Part shown: positions 9,904-19,511 of the stretch, piece by piece
Layout: every line of letters starts with the position of its first letter
How positions within the stretch are numbered: the stretch's first letter is position 1
NCBI GenBank assembly: GCA_035701825.1
Contig: DASSRK010000088.1
Coordinates: forward strand, 796-64,795
Reading direction: 5' to 3'
From: Steroidobacteraceae bacterium
GTDB taxonomy: Bacteria > Pseudomonadota > Gammaproteobacteria > Steroidobacterales > Steroidobacteraceae
DNA length: 64,000 nt
Made by a program: the position numbers and the translations under genes
Notes under the pieces: generated by a model
Told to the model about the DNA's origin: nothing
Database searches by the model: none
The model's input: the letters and a program-made list of their open reading frames with translations, nothing else

Positions 9904-10461
9904 TCAGCGCGGCGAATCGAACGGCCCGCGCGCGCGTACCAGGGCACGCGGCTCGAGCTCCAGCACCTCGACATCGAGGTTCACGCCCTCGCCTCCCACG
10001 ACCGGCACGCGTTCGCACTCGCCGGCCGCGGTCTCCACGTCGATGAACTGTCCCGGCCGGGCGGTCAACGTCGAGCCGAGGAAGCGCAGCGTCACGCGCA
10101 GGCCGCCGATGCTCAGCGGCGTGGCCGCGTCCACCACCACGCCGTGCGCCATGTCGGCGCGCACCGTCCCGAGGCGCGCCGCGATGCGCAGGTCGCTGCG
10201 CGGCCGAGCCTGGCATAGCAGCACCTCGCCGCGCGCCGCTTCGCTCGCGACGATGCCCGGCGGCAACCGGTCTTCGGGGTAGTCGATCCGGCCTTCGATG
10301 AGCCGCGCCTTGCAGGTGGCGCAACGGCCGGCGCGGCAGCTGTGCGGCAGCGGAATGCCGGCGGCGAGCGCCGCGGCGAGGACGTTCTCCCCGGCGGTCA
10401 CGCGGATCTCGTGACCGCCGGGGTCGATGCTTACTTTGAATCCTGGCGGTGGATCGCTCAG
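9904..10461 (-). CDS. 2Fe-2S ferredoxin domain fused to a truncated reductase-type beta-barrel; probable non-canonical CTG start
   Basis: Plant-type cluster motif C-x4-C-x2-C...C (SCRAGRCATCKARL...LLCQARP). The first canonical start (GTG 10401) cuts off the in-frame strand GFKVSIDPGGHEIR. A CTG at 10461 overlaps the upstream gene's TGA (CTGA). Confidence 0.55.
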   Translation of the reverse strand: MSDPPPGFKVSIDPGGHEIRVTAGENVLAAALAAGIPLPHSCRAGRCATCKARLIEGRIDYPEDRLPPGIVASEAARGEVLLCQARPRSDLRIAARLGTVRADMAHGVVVDAATPLSIGGLRVTLRFLGSTLTARPGQFIDVETAAGECERVPVVGGEGVNLDVEVLELEPRALVRARGPFDSPR

Positions 10462-11375
10462 GCGTTGGCGTCCTTCTTGCCGAAGAGCTTCTTGAAGAAG
10501 GCACCGAGCGCGACCAGGCCCATGAGGATGAATTTCTTCATCGCCAGCAGCCAGATGCCGATCTTGGCGAGCAGCCCGGTCTTGGCCGCGATGCCGCCGA
10601 GGATCAGCGCGCCCAGTCCGTATTCGGCCATGCGATCGGTTTTCGAATTGAAGTCCGCGTAGCGATAGCCTTCGTTGAACTCGGCCACCTCGATCAGCGG
10701 CTTCATGTCCTCGCGAACCTGCGGCAGCTGGTTCATGCCGGCGACCGCGAGCATCGACAGGATGCCTTCGCGCCCGAGCACGCGGACGTCGTAGTTCAGC
10801 GTATTGCCCTCACTGCCTTCGAACTTGAGCTCCTTGGCCCAGTAGAGCTTCTTCGCGGCGGAATCGTAGTGCGGCGCCTCGGCCCAGCCGATCAGCTCCA
10901 GGCCGCCGTAGCCCGCCTTCTTGCGCTCCTCGTTGCCTGCCTTGGTGTTTTCCTTCATGTCGTCGAGGATGTCTTCGTAGTCCATCTTGGCGGCATCCGA
11001 ATCGTCGACGTGGCCTTCGTCGAGATAGGTGAGGATCACCGCCCAGCCTTCCTGGGACATGGGATCCACGTCCCTGGCCACGATGGCGCCCTGCGTGGAG
11101 TCGTCGGGCGGATTGCCCCAGGCCGTGAGCAGCTTGTTGGTTTCACCCGCGTCCAGGTAGCGGTACCTGTCGCCGAGATGCAGCGTCGCCTTGCCGTTGG
11201 GTAGTTGGATGTTGCCGGTCTGATAGTTGAAGTCCGGGCCTTGCGGCTCTTGCTCGGACGCCGCCGCTGTCTCGGGTCCATCGGATGACGCCGGTGTGTC
11301 TTGGGCGACCGCCAGCGCACTCATCATCCAGAACGCGCCCAGCACGAGACTCGTAGTCGTTATAGTGGTTCGCAT
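10458..11375 (-). CDS. DUF2167-like membrane-anchored protein
   Basis: ATG at 11375 lies after GGGAGG. Signal peptide MRTTITTTSLVLGAFWMMSALAVA, and C-terminal TM helices (GALILGGIAAKTGLLAKIGIWLL). Resembles DUF2167 from memory. Confidence 0.7.
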   Translation of the reverse strand: MRTTITTTSLVLGAFWMMSALAVAQDTPASSDGPETAAASEQEPQGPDFNYQTGNIQLPNGKATLHLGDRYRYLDAGETNKLLTAWGNPPDDSTQGAIVARDVDPMSQEGWAVILTYLDEGHVDDSDAAKMDYEDILDDMKENTKAGNEERKKAGYGGLELIGWAEAPHYDSAAKKLYWAKELKFEGSEGNTLNYDVRVLGREGILSMLAVAGMNQLPQVREDMKPLIEVAEFNEGYRYADFNSKTDRMAEYGLGALILGGIAAKTGLLAKIGIWLLAMKKFILMGLVALGAFFKKLFGKKDANA

Positions 11376-11426
11376 TTCAACCTCCCAGTTGAACCGGGGG
11401 GACGCTAGCACAACGCGAGGCCGCAG

Positions 11427-11849
11427 ATGTTCGAGAACCCGTCAAAATCCGAAATCGATGCGCTGCTCCGCCGCGTCCGCTCGATCGCGGTGCTCGGCTT
11501 GTCGGAAAGCCCGGATCGGCCCAGTTACCGCGTGGCGCGGGCGCTGCAGAAGTTTGGCTACCGGATCGTCCCCGTGAACCCGGCGGCCACCGAGATCCTC
11601 GGCGAGAAGTCGTGGCCCGACCTGGAATCCGCGCTGCGCGGCGCGGGCCCGGTGGACGTGGTCGAGGTATTCCGGCGCCCGGAGCACGTCGCCGCCATCG
11701 TCGACGATGCCATCCGGCTGGAAGTCCCGGCGCTATGGCTGCAGGACGGGGTGATCGACGAGCAGGCCGCGGCCCGGGCGCGCGGCGCCGGCATCTTCAC
11801 CGTCATGAACCGCTGCATGTTCCGCGACCGCTCGACGCTCGCGGATTGA
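11427..11849 (+). CDS. CoA-binding domain protein (YccU-like)
   Basis: 140 aa containing IAVLGLSESPDRPSYRVA..L...GYRIVPVNP, the typical CoA_binding_2 pattern. Confidence 0.85.
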   Translation: MFENPSKSEIDALLRRVRSIAVLGLSESPDRPSYRVARALQKFGYRIVPVNPAATEILGEKSWPDLESALRGAGPVDVVEVFRRPEHVAAIVDDAIRLEVPALWLQDGVIDEQAAARARGAGIFTVMNRCMFRDRSTLAD

Positions 11850-11861
11850 ACCGCCCGACGA

Positions 11862-12251
11862 TCAACCGGCGGTGACTTCGATGCGGTTGCCCTCCGGATC
11901 GCGCACCACGCATTCATAGTAGCCGTCGCCCGTGCGCCGCGGGCCATCGAGGATCGCGACGCCGTCGTCGGCAAGGCGCCGCGCCATCGCGTCCACCGCG
12001 GCCGCGTCGCCAACCACCAGCGCCAGGTGCGCGAAGCCGAGTAGTTCGGTGTCCGCGCGCGCGTCGACGCCGGTGCGCGTCATGATCTCGAGGCGCGCGC
12101 CGGCCGCGAACTCGAGGAAGCGCGACGCGAAGCCCCTGGCGGGGTTGCGGTACAACTCGCCGACGCGCGCGCCGAAATATTTCGCGTAGAAGGCCGCGAC
12201 GCCGTCGAGATCGCGCACCCACAGGGCGACGTGCTCGATGCGCACGTTCAT
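11862..12251 (-). CDS. VOC/glyoxalase-family protein
   Basis: 129 aa from ATG 12251, beginning MNVRIEHVALWVRDLD and ending GYYECVVRDPEGNRIEV. The upstream part of the track ORF is an Arg-rich artefact. Confidence 0.85.
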   Translation of the reverse strand: MNVRIEHVALWVRDLDGVAAFYAKYFGARVGELYRNPARGFASRFLEFAAGARLEIMTRTGVDARADTELLGFAHLALVVGDAAAVDAMARRLADDGVAILDGPRRTGDGYYECVVRDPEGNRIEVTAG

Positions 12252-12796
12252 GCCAGGCGGCACAGCATCACGTCGTCGCTCTGCGGATCGTTGCCGACGA
12301 CGAAGGTCTTGCGGCCCACCGCCTCGAAGCCATGCTTGCGATAGAACGCCTGCGCACGCGCATTGCGTTCCCACACGCCTAACCACAGCGACGCCGCGCC
12401 ACGCCGCGCGGCGCGCCGCTTGGCGCCGTCCATGAGCGCGCCCGCCACGCCCTTGCCGTGCCAGGGCCGGTCCACGTAGAAGCGCCACAGCTCGAGGCTG
12501 CCGGCGGGCGGCGTCCCCGGCGCGCTCGAGCCGGCGCGCAGTTGCGCGAAGCCCAGCCAGCGGTCGTCCGCGTCCACGAGGATCAAGGTGTCGATGGACG
12601 GATCCTGGATCTCGAGTCGCTGGATCGCGGGGCTGAACGAGGCGTCGAGATGGGACTGCATGTCCGCCGCGGTGTTGTCGGCGGCGAAGGTCTCGCGGAA
12701 GGTGCGCGCGGCGAAAGCGGCGAGCCGCGCGGCATCCGCCGGCGTGGCGTCGCGCAAGGTCGGCGGTGCGGGCGATGCGGGTGCGGCGTGGTTCAT
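12248..12796 (-). CDS. GNAT family N-acetyltransferase
   Basis: 182 aa from ATG 12796 with acetyl-CoA motif A (RPWHGKGVAGALM...) and AQAFYRKHGF. A 4-nt overlap with the downstream VOC gene. Confidence 0.85.
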   Translation of the reverse strand: MNHAAPASPAPPTLRDATPADAARLAAFAARTFRETFAADNTAADMQSHLDASFSPAIQRLEIQDPSIDTLILVDADDRWLGFAQLRAGSSAPGTPPAGSLELWRFYVDRPWHGKGVAGALMDGAKRRAARRGAASLWLGVWERNARAQAFYRKHGFEAVGRKTFVVGNDPQSDDVMLCRLA

Positions 12797-13392
12797 GGCG
12801 GTGCGTCGATGATGCGTGCGGACGTGGCGAGGAGTATCTCGCAGGCGCCCGCGCCGGTGTCGCCGCGCGAGAGCGAAGTGCGCATGCGGCCCTCGCGGCC
12901 TTCGATGTCGACCAGTTCGCCGTGCAGCTCCACCACGTTGCCGACGCGCACGCGGCGCAGCGCGCTGCGCACCGCCTCGTTGCCCGGGATCACGTGCCAA
13001 TTCGCCGAATGGGTCTCGATCGCCTCGCGCGACACCGGCCAGGTGTCGGTGCGCCAGTAATAGAAGCGATTCGACTGGCTGATCTTCACCTTCTCCAGCA
13101 CCGCGCTGTCCGACATCGGCCCCCATCCGACCGCGAAATCCGTCGGCACCAGCGAGGCGAGCTCGCCGAGCGAATAGTCCTCGCGCCCGAGGATGCGCAC
13201 GGTGGCGCCGAATTCGGCGCGCGGCCGCAGGGTAAACGTGCCGCGCGGGATGGTGGGCGCGCCGTCGATCTCCTGCTGCTCGGGATCGTCAGGCGCGAGG
13301 ACGCCGGGCGAATGCTCGATGTCCCGCGAGGAATACAGCCGCCACGCCGCGAACACCGCGATCGCCGTAACAACCCAGGGAGTAGCCCTCAT
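12793..13392 (-). CDS. hypothetical membrane-anchored protein (conserved unknown)
   Basis: 199 aa with an N-terminal TM helix, good codon bias, and conserved-looking motifs SNRFYYW, SANWHVIPGN and SRGDTGAGACE. ATGA overlap with the GNAT gene. Confidence 0.7.
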   Translation of the reverse strand: MRATPWVVTAIAVFAAWRLYSSRDIEHSPGVLAPDDPEQQEIDGAPTIPRGTFTLRPRAEFGATVRILGREDYSLGELASLVPTDFAVGWGPMSDSAVLEKVKISQSNRFYYWRTDTWPVSREAIETHSANWHVIPGNEAVRSALRRVRVGNVVELHGELVDIEGREGRMRTSLSRGDTGAGACEILLATSARIIDAPP

Positions 13393-13424
13393 TTGGAGGC
13401 AAATCGTAAGGTATTCTTCGGGCC

Positions 13425-14282
13425 ATGCAGCTCGAGTTCACGAAAATGCACGGCCTCGGCAACGACTTCATCGTTTTCGACGCCCCGCGCGATGGCCGCC
13501 TGCCGTCCGCGCAGGAATGGCGCGCCTTGTCCGCGCGTCACACCGGCATCGGCTTCGACCAGGCGCTGGTGCTCGAGCCGCCGCGCCGCGCCGGCACGCA
13601 GGCCTACTACCGCATCTTCAACGCCGATGGCGGCGAAGTGGAGCAATGCGGGAATGGCGTACGCTGCCTCGCCGCCTTCCTGCACGGCCGGGGCGGGCTC
13701 GCCGCGAATGGCGGCGGCGAAGTGGTGCTCGACAGTCCCGCGGGACTCATTCGTGCGCGCGTTCACGCGCCGAACCTCGTGTCGGTGGACATGGGCCCAC
13801 CGAACTTCAGCCCCGAATCCCTGCCGTTCGAGGCATCGGCGGAGGCTCACGTGTATCCGCTGGCGGTGGCCGGCACCGAAGTGGAGATCGGCGCGGTGTC
13901 GATGGGCAATCCGCACGCCGTGCTCACGGTCGCGTCGGTGGCGAGCGCGCCGGTGGATCGTCTCGGCCCTGCCATCGAGAAGCACCCGCGATTCCCGAAA
14001 CGCGTGAACGTGGGATTCATGGAAATCGTCGATCGCACGCACATCCGCTTGCGTGTGTTCGAGCGTGGCGTCGGGGAAACGCTGGCCTGCGGCACCGGCG
14101 CATGCGCCGCTGTTGCGGTGGCCCGACGACATGGACGCCTCGATCCCACGGTCGAAGTGGAATTGCCGGGCGGAAAACTCGAGATCACCTGGGCGTCGCC
14201 CGCCGAACACATTTGGATGAAAGGCCCGGCCGCTGTATCTTTCACCGGGCGTGTCGAGATCCAGGGAGTCGATCAGAAATGA
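13425..14282 (+). CDS. dapF: diaminopimelate epimerase
   Basis: 285 aa beginning FTKMHGLGNDFIVFD, with catalytic Cys motifs NADGGEVEQCGNG and ETLACGTGACA. Confidence 0.93.
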   Translation: MQLEFTKMHGLGNDFIVFDAPRDGRLPSAQEWRALSARHTGIGFDQALVLEPPRRAGTQAYYRIFNADGGEVEQCGNGVRCLAAFLHGRGGLAANGGGEVVLDSPAGLIRARVHAPNLVSVDMGPPNFSPESLPFEASAEAHVYPLAVAGTEVEIGAVSMGNPHAVLTVASVASAPVDRLGPAIEKHPRFPKRVNVGFMEIVDRTHIRLRVFERGVGETLACGTGACAAVAVARRHGRLDPTVEVELPGGKLEITWASPAEHIWMKGPAAVSFTGRVEIQGVDQK

Positions 14283-14983
14283 GCACACAGCCTGCGCGTG
14301 GTTTGCCTGCCGGTCAGACGGATGAAGAGCGCATCGAGCGATACCTCACGCTGAACCCCGACTTCTTCGAGAGACACCAGGCGGTACTGGCGCGCATGCG
14401 CCTGCCGCACATGCGCACCGGTTCGACCGTGTCGCTGGTCGAACGCCAGGTCGAAGTGCTGCGCGAGCAGAAGACCGACGCGGATCGGCGCCTGGCCGAA
14501 TTCGTCGCCGTCGCTCGCGCCAACGACCAGCTCGCCGAGCGCATCCATCGCTTCACGCGCCGGCTGCTGCGCGCGCCCAGCGCGGTCGCCGCGATCAACA
14601 CGCTCGAAGCCAGCCTGCGCGAGGACTTCGACGCCTTCAACTCGGTGTTGCTGCTGACCGCGCCCATCGAATCGCTGAGCCACGCCGAGCACGAGCCGTT
14701 CCTGCGCAAGCTGCCGGCCGACGACGCGAACATGCGCACATTCGAGGCGCTGCTGGCCACCGGCAAGCCGCGTTGCGGCCAGGTGCGCGACTCGCAGCGA
14801 GAGTTCCTGTTCGGCCCCGAGGCGGCGAGCATCGGCTCGGTCGCGCTGGTGCCACTGGGTGAGGCGGGCTCGATCGGCCTGCTCGCGCTGGGCAGCGCCG
14901 AACGCGAGCGCTTCCACCCCGGCATGAGCACCGAGTTCCTGAAGCGCATGGGCGAGCTGATCACGGATGCGCTCTCGCGGTAG
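14279..14983 (+). CDS. DUF484 family protein
   Basis: 234 aa. The ATG overlaps the dapF stop (ATGA). Contains YLTLNPDFFERHQAVLARMRLPH. Canonical dapF-DUF484-xerC synteny. Only the 3' part of track ORF 13193..14983 is real. Confidence 0.85.
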   Translation: MSTQPARGLPAGQTDEERIERYLTLNPDFFERHQAVLARMRLPHMRTGSTVSLVERQVEVLREQKTDADRRLAEFVAVARANDQLAERIHRFTRRLLRAPSAVAAINTLEASLREDFDAFNSVLLLTAPIESLSHAEHEPFLRKLPADDANMRTFEALLATGKPRCGQVRDSQREFLFGPEAASIGSVALVPLGEAGSIGLLALGSAERERFHPGMSTEFLKRMGELITDALSR

Positions 14984-15969
14984 TGAAACCGACTGACGGA
15001 CGGCGCCCCGGCTTTCATGCAAAAAGAGGCGCCGTTTCCGACGTGGGGCACAAGCCCCTGGCAACCGGGCCCCTGATAGACCGCCGCTGCATCGACGCCT
15101 ACCTGAAGCATCTCTCGAGGGAGCGGCGTCTCTCGCCGCACACCTCTTCCAACTACGCGCGCGACATCGGCGCGCTCGCCGATTTCCTCGACAGCAGCCA
15201 GGTCACCGAGTGGAAGCGCGTCGACAGCCAGCACGTGCGCGTGTTCGCGGCGCGCTCGCATGCGGGCGGCCTCAATCCCCGCAGCGTGCAGCGCCGGCTG
15301 TCGGCAGTACGAGGCTTCTTCGGTTTCCTGGTGCGCGAGCGGATCGTGGCAAGCAACCCCGCGGTCGACATCCGCGCGCCCAAGGCTGCGAAGCGCCTGC
15401 CGGGAACGCTCGACGTCGACCAGATCGCGCAGCTGCTCGACATCCCGGGCGACGATCCGCTCGCGGTGCGCGACCGCGCCATCATGGAGCTGTTCTATTC
15501 ATCGGGCCTGCGACTCGCCGAGCTCGTGGGGCTGTCGCTCACCGACGTCGATCTCGCCGACCGCACCGTGCGCGTGCTCGGCAAGGGCGCGAAGACGCGC
15601 ATCGTGCCCGTGGGCCGCAAGGCCTGCGATGCCATCCGTGGCTGGCTCAGGGAGCGCGCGGCGCTCGCGGCCGTCGACGAGACTGCCCTCTTCGTCGGCC
15701 GCAATGGCGAACGGCTCAAGGCCCGGGCAATCCAGCTGCGCATCGCGCAGTGGGCGCGGCGCAAGGGCCTGCCAACCAGCGTCTATCCGCACCTGTTCCG
15801 CCATTCATTCGCCACCCATCTGCTTGAATCAAGTAAGGATTTGCGTGGCGTGCAGGAGCTCCTGGGCCACGCCGACATCTCCACCACCCAGGTCTACACG
15901 CATCTTGATTTCGCCCACCTGGCCCGCACCTACGACGCTTCCCACCCTCGGGCAAAACGCAAGACCTAG
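14983..15969 (+). CDS. xerC: site-specific tyrosine recombinase XerC
   Basis: Phage-integrase fold with a SAM-like N-domain ([19 protein letters not shown]) and catalytic residues R...[12 protein letters not shown]...LLGH...TQVYTH. The GTG start at 14983 is uncertain. Confidence 0.9.
   Translation: MKPTDGRRPGFHAKRGAVSDVGHKPLATGPLIDRRCIDAYLKHLSRERRLSPHTSSNYARDIGALADFLDSSQVTEWKRVDSQHVRVFAARSHAGGLNPRSVQRRLSAVRGFFGFLVRERIVASNPAVDIRAPKAAKRLPGTLDVDQIAQLLDIPGDDPLAVRDRAIMELFYSSGLRLAELVGLSLTDVDLADRTVRVLGKGAKTRIVPVGRKACDAIRGWLRERAALAAVDETALFVGRNGERLKARAIQLRIAQWARRKGLPTSVYPHLFRHSFATHLLESSKDLRGVQELLGHADISTTQVYTHLDFAHLARTYDASHPRAKRKT
15904..15931 (+). promoter_or_regulatory. candidate sigma32-type heat-shock promoter for hslVU (inside the xerC 3' end)
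   Basis: CTTGATT, 13-nt spacer, CCGCACCT, compared with the consensus CTTGAAA-N13-17-CCCCATNT. About 55 nt upstream of the hslV ATG. Matched by eye only. Confidence 0.35.
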
Positions 15970-15986
15970 GTCTTGAAGGTCGAAAC

Positions 15987-16532
15987 ATGTCGGAAGGCTT
16001 CAACCCGCACGGGACGACGATCCTGGCCGTGCGGCGCAACGGCGCCGTCGCCATCGGCGGCGACGGCCAGGTCACCCTCGGCAACACGGTGATGAAGGGC
16101 AACGCGCGCAAGGTGCGCCCGCTCGGCAACGGCAAGGTGCTCGGCGGATTCGCAGGCGGCACGGCCGATGCCTTCACGCTGTTCGAACGCTTCGAAGGCA
16201 AGCTCGAGAAGTTCGGCAACCTGACGCGCGCGGCGATCGAGTTGGCAAAGGACTGGCGCGGCGACCGTTACCTGCGGCGCCTCGAGGCGCTGCTGCTGGT
16301 GGGTGACACGAAGAACCTCTTCGTCATCTCCGGCAATGGCGACGTCATCGAACCCGAGCACGACCTCGTGGCGATCGGGTCCGGCGGTCCATTCGCGCAG
16401 GCCGCGGCCCGCGCGCTCGCCGAGAACACCGATCTCGATGCGCGAACCATCGTCGAGCGCGGCCTCAACATCGCCGCCGACATCTGCATCTACACCAATC
16501 GCAACCTCGTGATCGAGGAGCTCAAGGCCTAA
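15987..16532 (+). CDS. hslV: ATP-dependent protease subunit HslV
   Basis: 181 aa. [11 protein letters not shown] provides the N-terminal Thr nucleophile after processing. Followed by hslU. Confidence 0.95.
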   Translation: MSEGFNPHGTTILAVRRNGAVAIGGDGQVTLGNTVMKGNARKVRPLGNGKVLGGFAGGTADAFTLFERFEGKLEKFGNLTRAAIELAKDWRGDRYLRRLEALLLVGDTKNLFVISGNGDVIEPEHDLVAIGSGGPFAQAAARALAENTDLDARTIVERGLNIAADICIYTNRNLVIEELKA

Positions 16533-16547
16533 TCGCCAAGGTTTCAA

Positions 16548-17876
16548 ATGACCCCGCGCCAAATCGTTTCCGAACTCGACAAGCACATCGTCGGCCAGGC
16601 CGCCGCCAAGCGCTCGGTGGCCATCGCGCTGCGCAACCGCTGGCGGCGCATGCAGATCGGCGAACCGCTGCGCCAGGAAATCACCCCGAAGAACCTCCTG
16701 ATGATCGGCCCCACCGGCTGCGGCAAGACCGAGATCGCGCGCCGCCTCGCCAGGCTCGCCAACGCGCCGTTCGTGAAAGTCGAGGCCACCAAGTTCACCG
16801 AGGTGGGCTACGTCGGCCGCGACGTCGATTCCATCGTCAAGGATCTCGCCGAGGTCGCGGTGAAGATGGCGCGCGAGGAAGAGAAGGCCAAGGTGCGCGA
16901 GCGCGCCCAGGATGCCGCCGAGGAGCGCATCCTCGATGCACTGCTGCCCGCGCCCAAGATGATGGGCTTCTCGACGGATCCCGAGCCCAGCGCCCGCGAT
17001 TCGGAGACGCGCCAGAAATTCCGCAAGATGCTGCGCGAAGGCCAGCTCGACGACCGCGAAATCGAGCTCGAGGTGCGTGCCATTGCGCCCGGCGTGCAGA
17101 TCATGGCGCCGCCCGGCATGGAGGAGATGCAGGAGCAGCTGCAGGGCATGTTCGCCAACCTCGGCGGACAGCGCACCAAGCCGCGCAAGCTGAAGGTCAA
17201 GGAAGCCCAGAAGCTGCTGGTCGAGGAAGAAGCCGCCAAGCTCGTCAACGAGGAGGACCTGCGCGCGCGTGCACTGGCCAACGCCGAGCAGAACGGCATC
17301 GTGTTCATCGACGAGATCGACAAGGTGGCGCGCCGCCAGGATTCCTACGGCGCCGACGTGTCGCGCGAAGGCGTGCAGCGCGACCTGCTGCCGCTGGTGG
17401 AAGGCTCGACCGTGTCCACGAAGTACGGCCAGATCAAGACCGACCACATCCTGTTCATCGCCTCGGGCGCATTCCACATGTCGAAGCCCTCGGACCTGAT
17501 TCCCGAGCTGCAGGGCCGGTTCCCGATCCGCGTGGAGCTCGACTCGCTCAAGGTCGAGGACTTCGTGCGCATCCTCACCGAGCCCGACGCCTCGTTGACC
17601 ACGCAATACAAGGCGCTGATGAACACCGAGAACGTCGACGTGAAGTTCGTCGACGGCGGCGTGCGCCGCATCGCCGAGATCGCCTACAGCGTCAACGAGA
17701 AGACCGAGAACATCGGGGCCCGGCGCCTGCACACGGTCATGGAGCGACTGCTCGAGAGCGTGTCGTTCGACGCCGCCGAAAAGAGCGGGACCGCGATCGA
17801 GATCGATGCCGCCTACGTCGACCAGCACCTGGGTACGCTGGCGAAGGATGAGGACCTCTCAAGGTACATCCTGTGA
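16548..17876 (+). CDS. hslU: ATP-dependent protease ATPase subunit HslU
   Basis: 442 aa. [17 protein letters not shown], Walker [16 protein letters not shown], Walker [10 protein letters not shown]. Confidence 0.95.
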   Translation: MTPRQIVSELDKHIVGQAAAKRSVAIALRNRWRRMQIGEPLRQEITPKNLLMIGPTGCGKTEIARRLARLANAPFVKVEATKFTEVGYVGRDVDSIVKDLAEVAVKMAREEEKAKVRERAQDAAEERILDALLPAPKMMGFSTDPEPSARDSETRQKFRKMLREGQLDDREIELEVRAIAPGVQIMAPPGMEEMQEQLQGMFANLGGQRTKPRKLKVKEAQKLLVEEEAAKLVNEEDLRARALANAEQNGIVFIDEIDKVARRQDSYGADVSREGVQRDLLPLVEGSTVSTKYGQIKTDHILFIASGAFHMSKPSDLIPELQGRFPIRVELDSLKVEDFVRILTEPDASLTTQYKALMNTENVDVKFVDGGVRRIAEIAYSVNEKTENIGARRLHTVMERLLESVSFDAAEKSGTAIEIDAAYVDQHLGTLAKDEDLSRYIL

Positions 17877-18079
17877 AAATTGCCAAGCCGATGCTGCTGG
17901 TGATCGTGCCGGTCGGCGTGGCCTGGGGCCTGGTCGAAGCCGCGCGGTTCCATCCGGCCCTCGCCTTCCTCATGTTCCTGCTGCTCACGGTCATCAGCTT
18001 GTTTGTCTTCATGACCGTGCGGCGCATCCGCGCCGAGCGTGCGGCAGAGCAGCGGTCGGTGTCACCAGGCGATAGCTAG
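17873..18079 (+). CDS. hypothetical small membrane protein
   Basis: 68 aa with two predicted TM helices. The GTG start overlaps the hslU stop (GTGA). No recognisable family. Confidence 0.4.
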   Translation: MKIAKPMLLVIVPVGVAWGLVEAARFHPALAFLMFLLLTVISLFVFMTVRRIRAERAAEQRSVSPGDS

Positions 18080-18113
18080 CCCTTCGGCCTGGCCACATCG
18101 CTACAATGACTGC

Positions 18114-18719
18114 GTGGCCAACGAATTGCTGACCTCCGCCGCCGCGGAACGCAACAAGGATCCCATCCTCACGGTGCTGGAGTCCGTGCTGCCGGACAGC
18201 GGCGCGGTGCTCGAGATCGCGTCGGGCACCGGGCAGCACGTTTGCTTCTTCGCCGCGGCGCTGCCCGGCATCCGCTGGCAGCCCACCGAGCCCGACGAGG
18301 CGCATCGTGAGGCCATCGCGATGCGCGTGCGCGAGTCCGGGCTGCGGAACGTCGAGCCACCCCTGGCGCTCGACGTACACGAGGCACGTTGGCCGGTGGC
18401 GCCGAGTTACGACGCCATCCTGTGCATCAACATGGTCCACATCTCGCCGTGGTCGTCGACCAATGCGCTGTGCCTCGGCGCCGCGCGCCACCTGCGCACC
18501 GGCGGCAAGCTGGTGCTATACGGCCCTTACCTCGAAAACGGCAGCGCCGTGCAGTCCAACCTGGACTTCGATTCGACGCTCAAGCGCCGCAATTCCGAGT
18601 GGGGACTGCGCGAGCTGGAGGACGTCACGCGTGTCGCCGCGCTGCACGGACTGCAGCGCCAGCAGGTGGTGCGCATGCCCGCCAACAATCTCACGGTGAT
18701 ATTCAGCCGCCAGCTGTAG
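18114..18719 (+). CDS. DUF938 family class I SAM-dependent methyltransferase
   Basis: AAERNKDPILTVLESVLP...LEIASGTGQHVCFFA...WQPTEPD matches the DUF938 pattern. Start is uncertain: GTG 18114 chosen, and the track start 18039 would overlap the preceding ORF. Confidence 0.78.
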   Translation: MANELLTSAAAERNKDPILTVLESVLPDSGAVLEIASGTGQHVCFFAAALPGIRWQPTEPDEAHREAIAMRVRESGLRNVEPPLALDVHEARWPVAPSYDAILCINMVHISPWSSTNALCLGAARHLRTGGKLVLYGPYLENGSAVQSNLDFDSTLKRRNSEWGLRELEDVTRVAALHGLQRQQVVRMPANNLTVIFSRQL

Positions 18720-18737
18720 CCGGGTTGCGCAGGACCT

Positions 18738-19502
18738 TCAGGTGGCCGCCTCGGCCTGCGTCGCCGCGCAGTCCCAGCCGTCGTAGCGGCCCTCGTGCTC
18801 GCGCGCCAGGCGCGCCAGCTCGATGGTGATGCCGTTGATGGTGTGTGAATCGACGCTGTCGGTGCGCGACACCACCAGCACGTAAGGCAGCACTTCGGCC
18901 AGGTCGTCGGACTCGCTTTCTTCCTCGAGCGCGAACTCGATGGCGGTCAGCGTGTCGCGGCAGGCCGTGCGCGTGTCCGGGTTTCTGAAGCTGAACCAGT
19001 GCTCGACCCTGCGGGGCGTCTCGTGCACGTCGCCGTCGCGCGCCAGCGCCTCGAGCCGGCGCCGGTTGTGCATGCGCTCGAGGTTGCTCGCCGAGGGGTA
19101 CAGCGTGAAGTACTGGTCCCAGGCCGGCTGGAAGGTACTGCCGCATTCGTGCGAGTAGTCGGGATGATTCTTCATGACGCCCGCGACCGCGGCCGCGAGC
19201 TCGCCCGGCTCCGCCGCATAGAAATAGAACTCGCGGCGGCCGTTGCCGGTGACCCGCCCGACCAGCTGCCCGCCGCAGGTGGCGGAGACGGTGGAGTCGA
19301 GCGCCTCACCGATCTCCTGGAGCACTTTCGATTCTTCGCTGGAGGCGAGGCCATCGTCCTTCGGCGTTCGCAACGCGACCCACATCCACAGGAGCCAGGG
19401 GCGCGTCTCGACGGGAGCTTCGGCCTTGGCGCCGAGGTCCACGAAGATCGATGACACCGCGTCGTCGATGCGGGCGAAGTAGAAATCCCATTCGTCGGAC
19501 AA
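18738..19502 (-). CDS. DUF695 / RraB-like (regulator of RNase activity B fold) two-domain protein
   Basis: 254 aa. The N-terminal half is DUF695-like (WDFYFARIDD...REFYFY). The C-terminal half is RraB-like (VEHWFSFRNPD...YDGWDC). Confidence 0.72.
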   Translation of the reverse strand: MSDEWDFYFARIDDAVSSIFVDLGAKAEAPVETRPWLLWMWVALRTPKDDGLASSEESKVLQEIGEALDSTVSATCGGQLVGRVTGNGRREFYFYAAEPGELAAAVAGVMKNHPDYSHECGSTFQPAWDQYFTLYPSASNLERMHNRRRLEALARDGDVHETPRRVEHWFSFRNPDTRTACRDTLTAIEFALEEESESDDLAEVLPYVLVVSRTDSVDSHTINGITIELARLAREHEGRYDGWDCAATQAEAAT

Positions 19503-19511
19503 TCGCGCCCC

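Noticed and set aside
13193-14278. N-terminal part of the 596-aa ORF 13193..14983
   Set aside because: It is out of frame with, and overlaps, the well-supported dapF gene. Only the final 234 codons (DUF484, from ATG 14279) look real.
14983-15969. Tyrosine recombinase as a marker of an integrated mobile element
   Set aside because: The gene sits in the conserved chromosomal dapF-DUF484-xerC-hslVU context. Its motifs fit XerC. I saw no flanking direct repeats, phage or IS genes, or compositional shift.
15961-15974. 14-bp perfect palindrome AAGACCTAGGTCTT spanning the xerC stop codon
   Set aside because: It has no loop and no U-tract, so it is not a convincing terminator. It lies too close to the hslV RBS to be an obvious operator. 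I note it but cannot interpret it.
15966-17828. 620-aa minus-strand ORF antisense to hslVU. Similar long antisense ORFs occur at 4710..6440, 19596..21593, 26323..28761, 43059..44828, 49948..51471, 54977..56647 and 58084..59832.
   Set aside because: Each overlaps a strongly supported gene on the other strand and translates to an Arg/Gly/Ala/His-rich sequence with no family motifs. These are high-GC artefacts.
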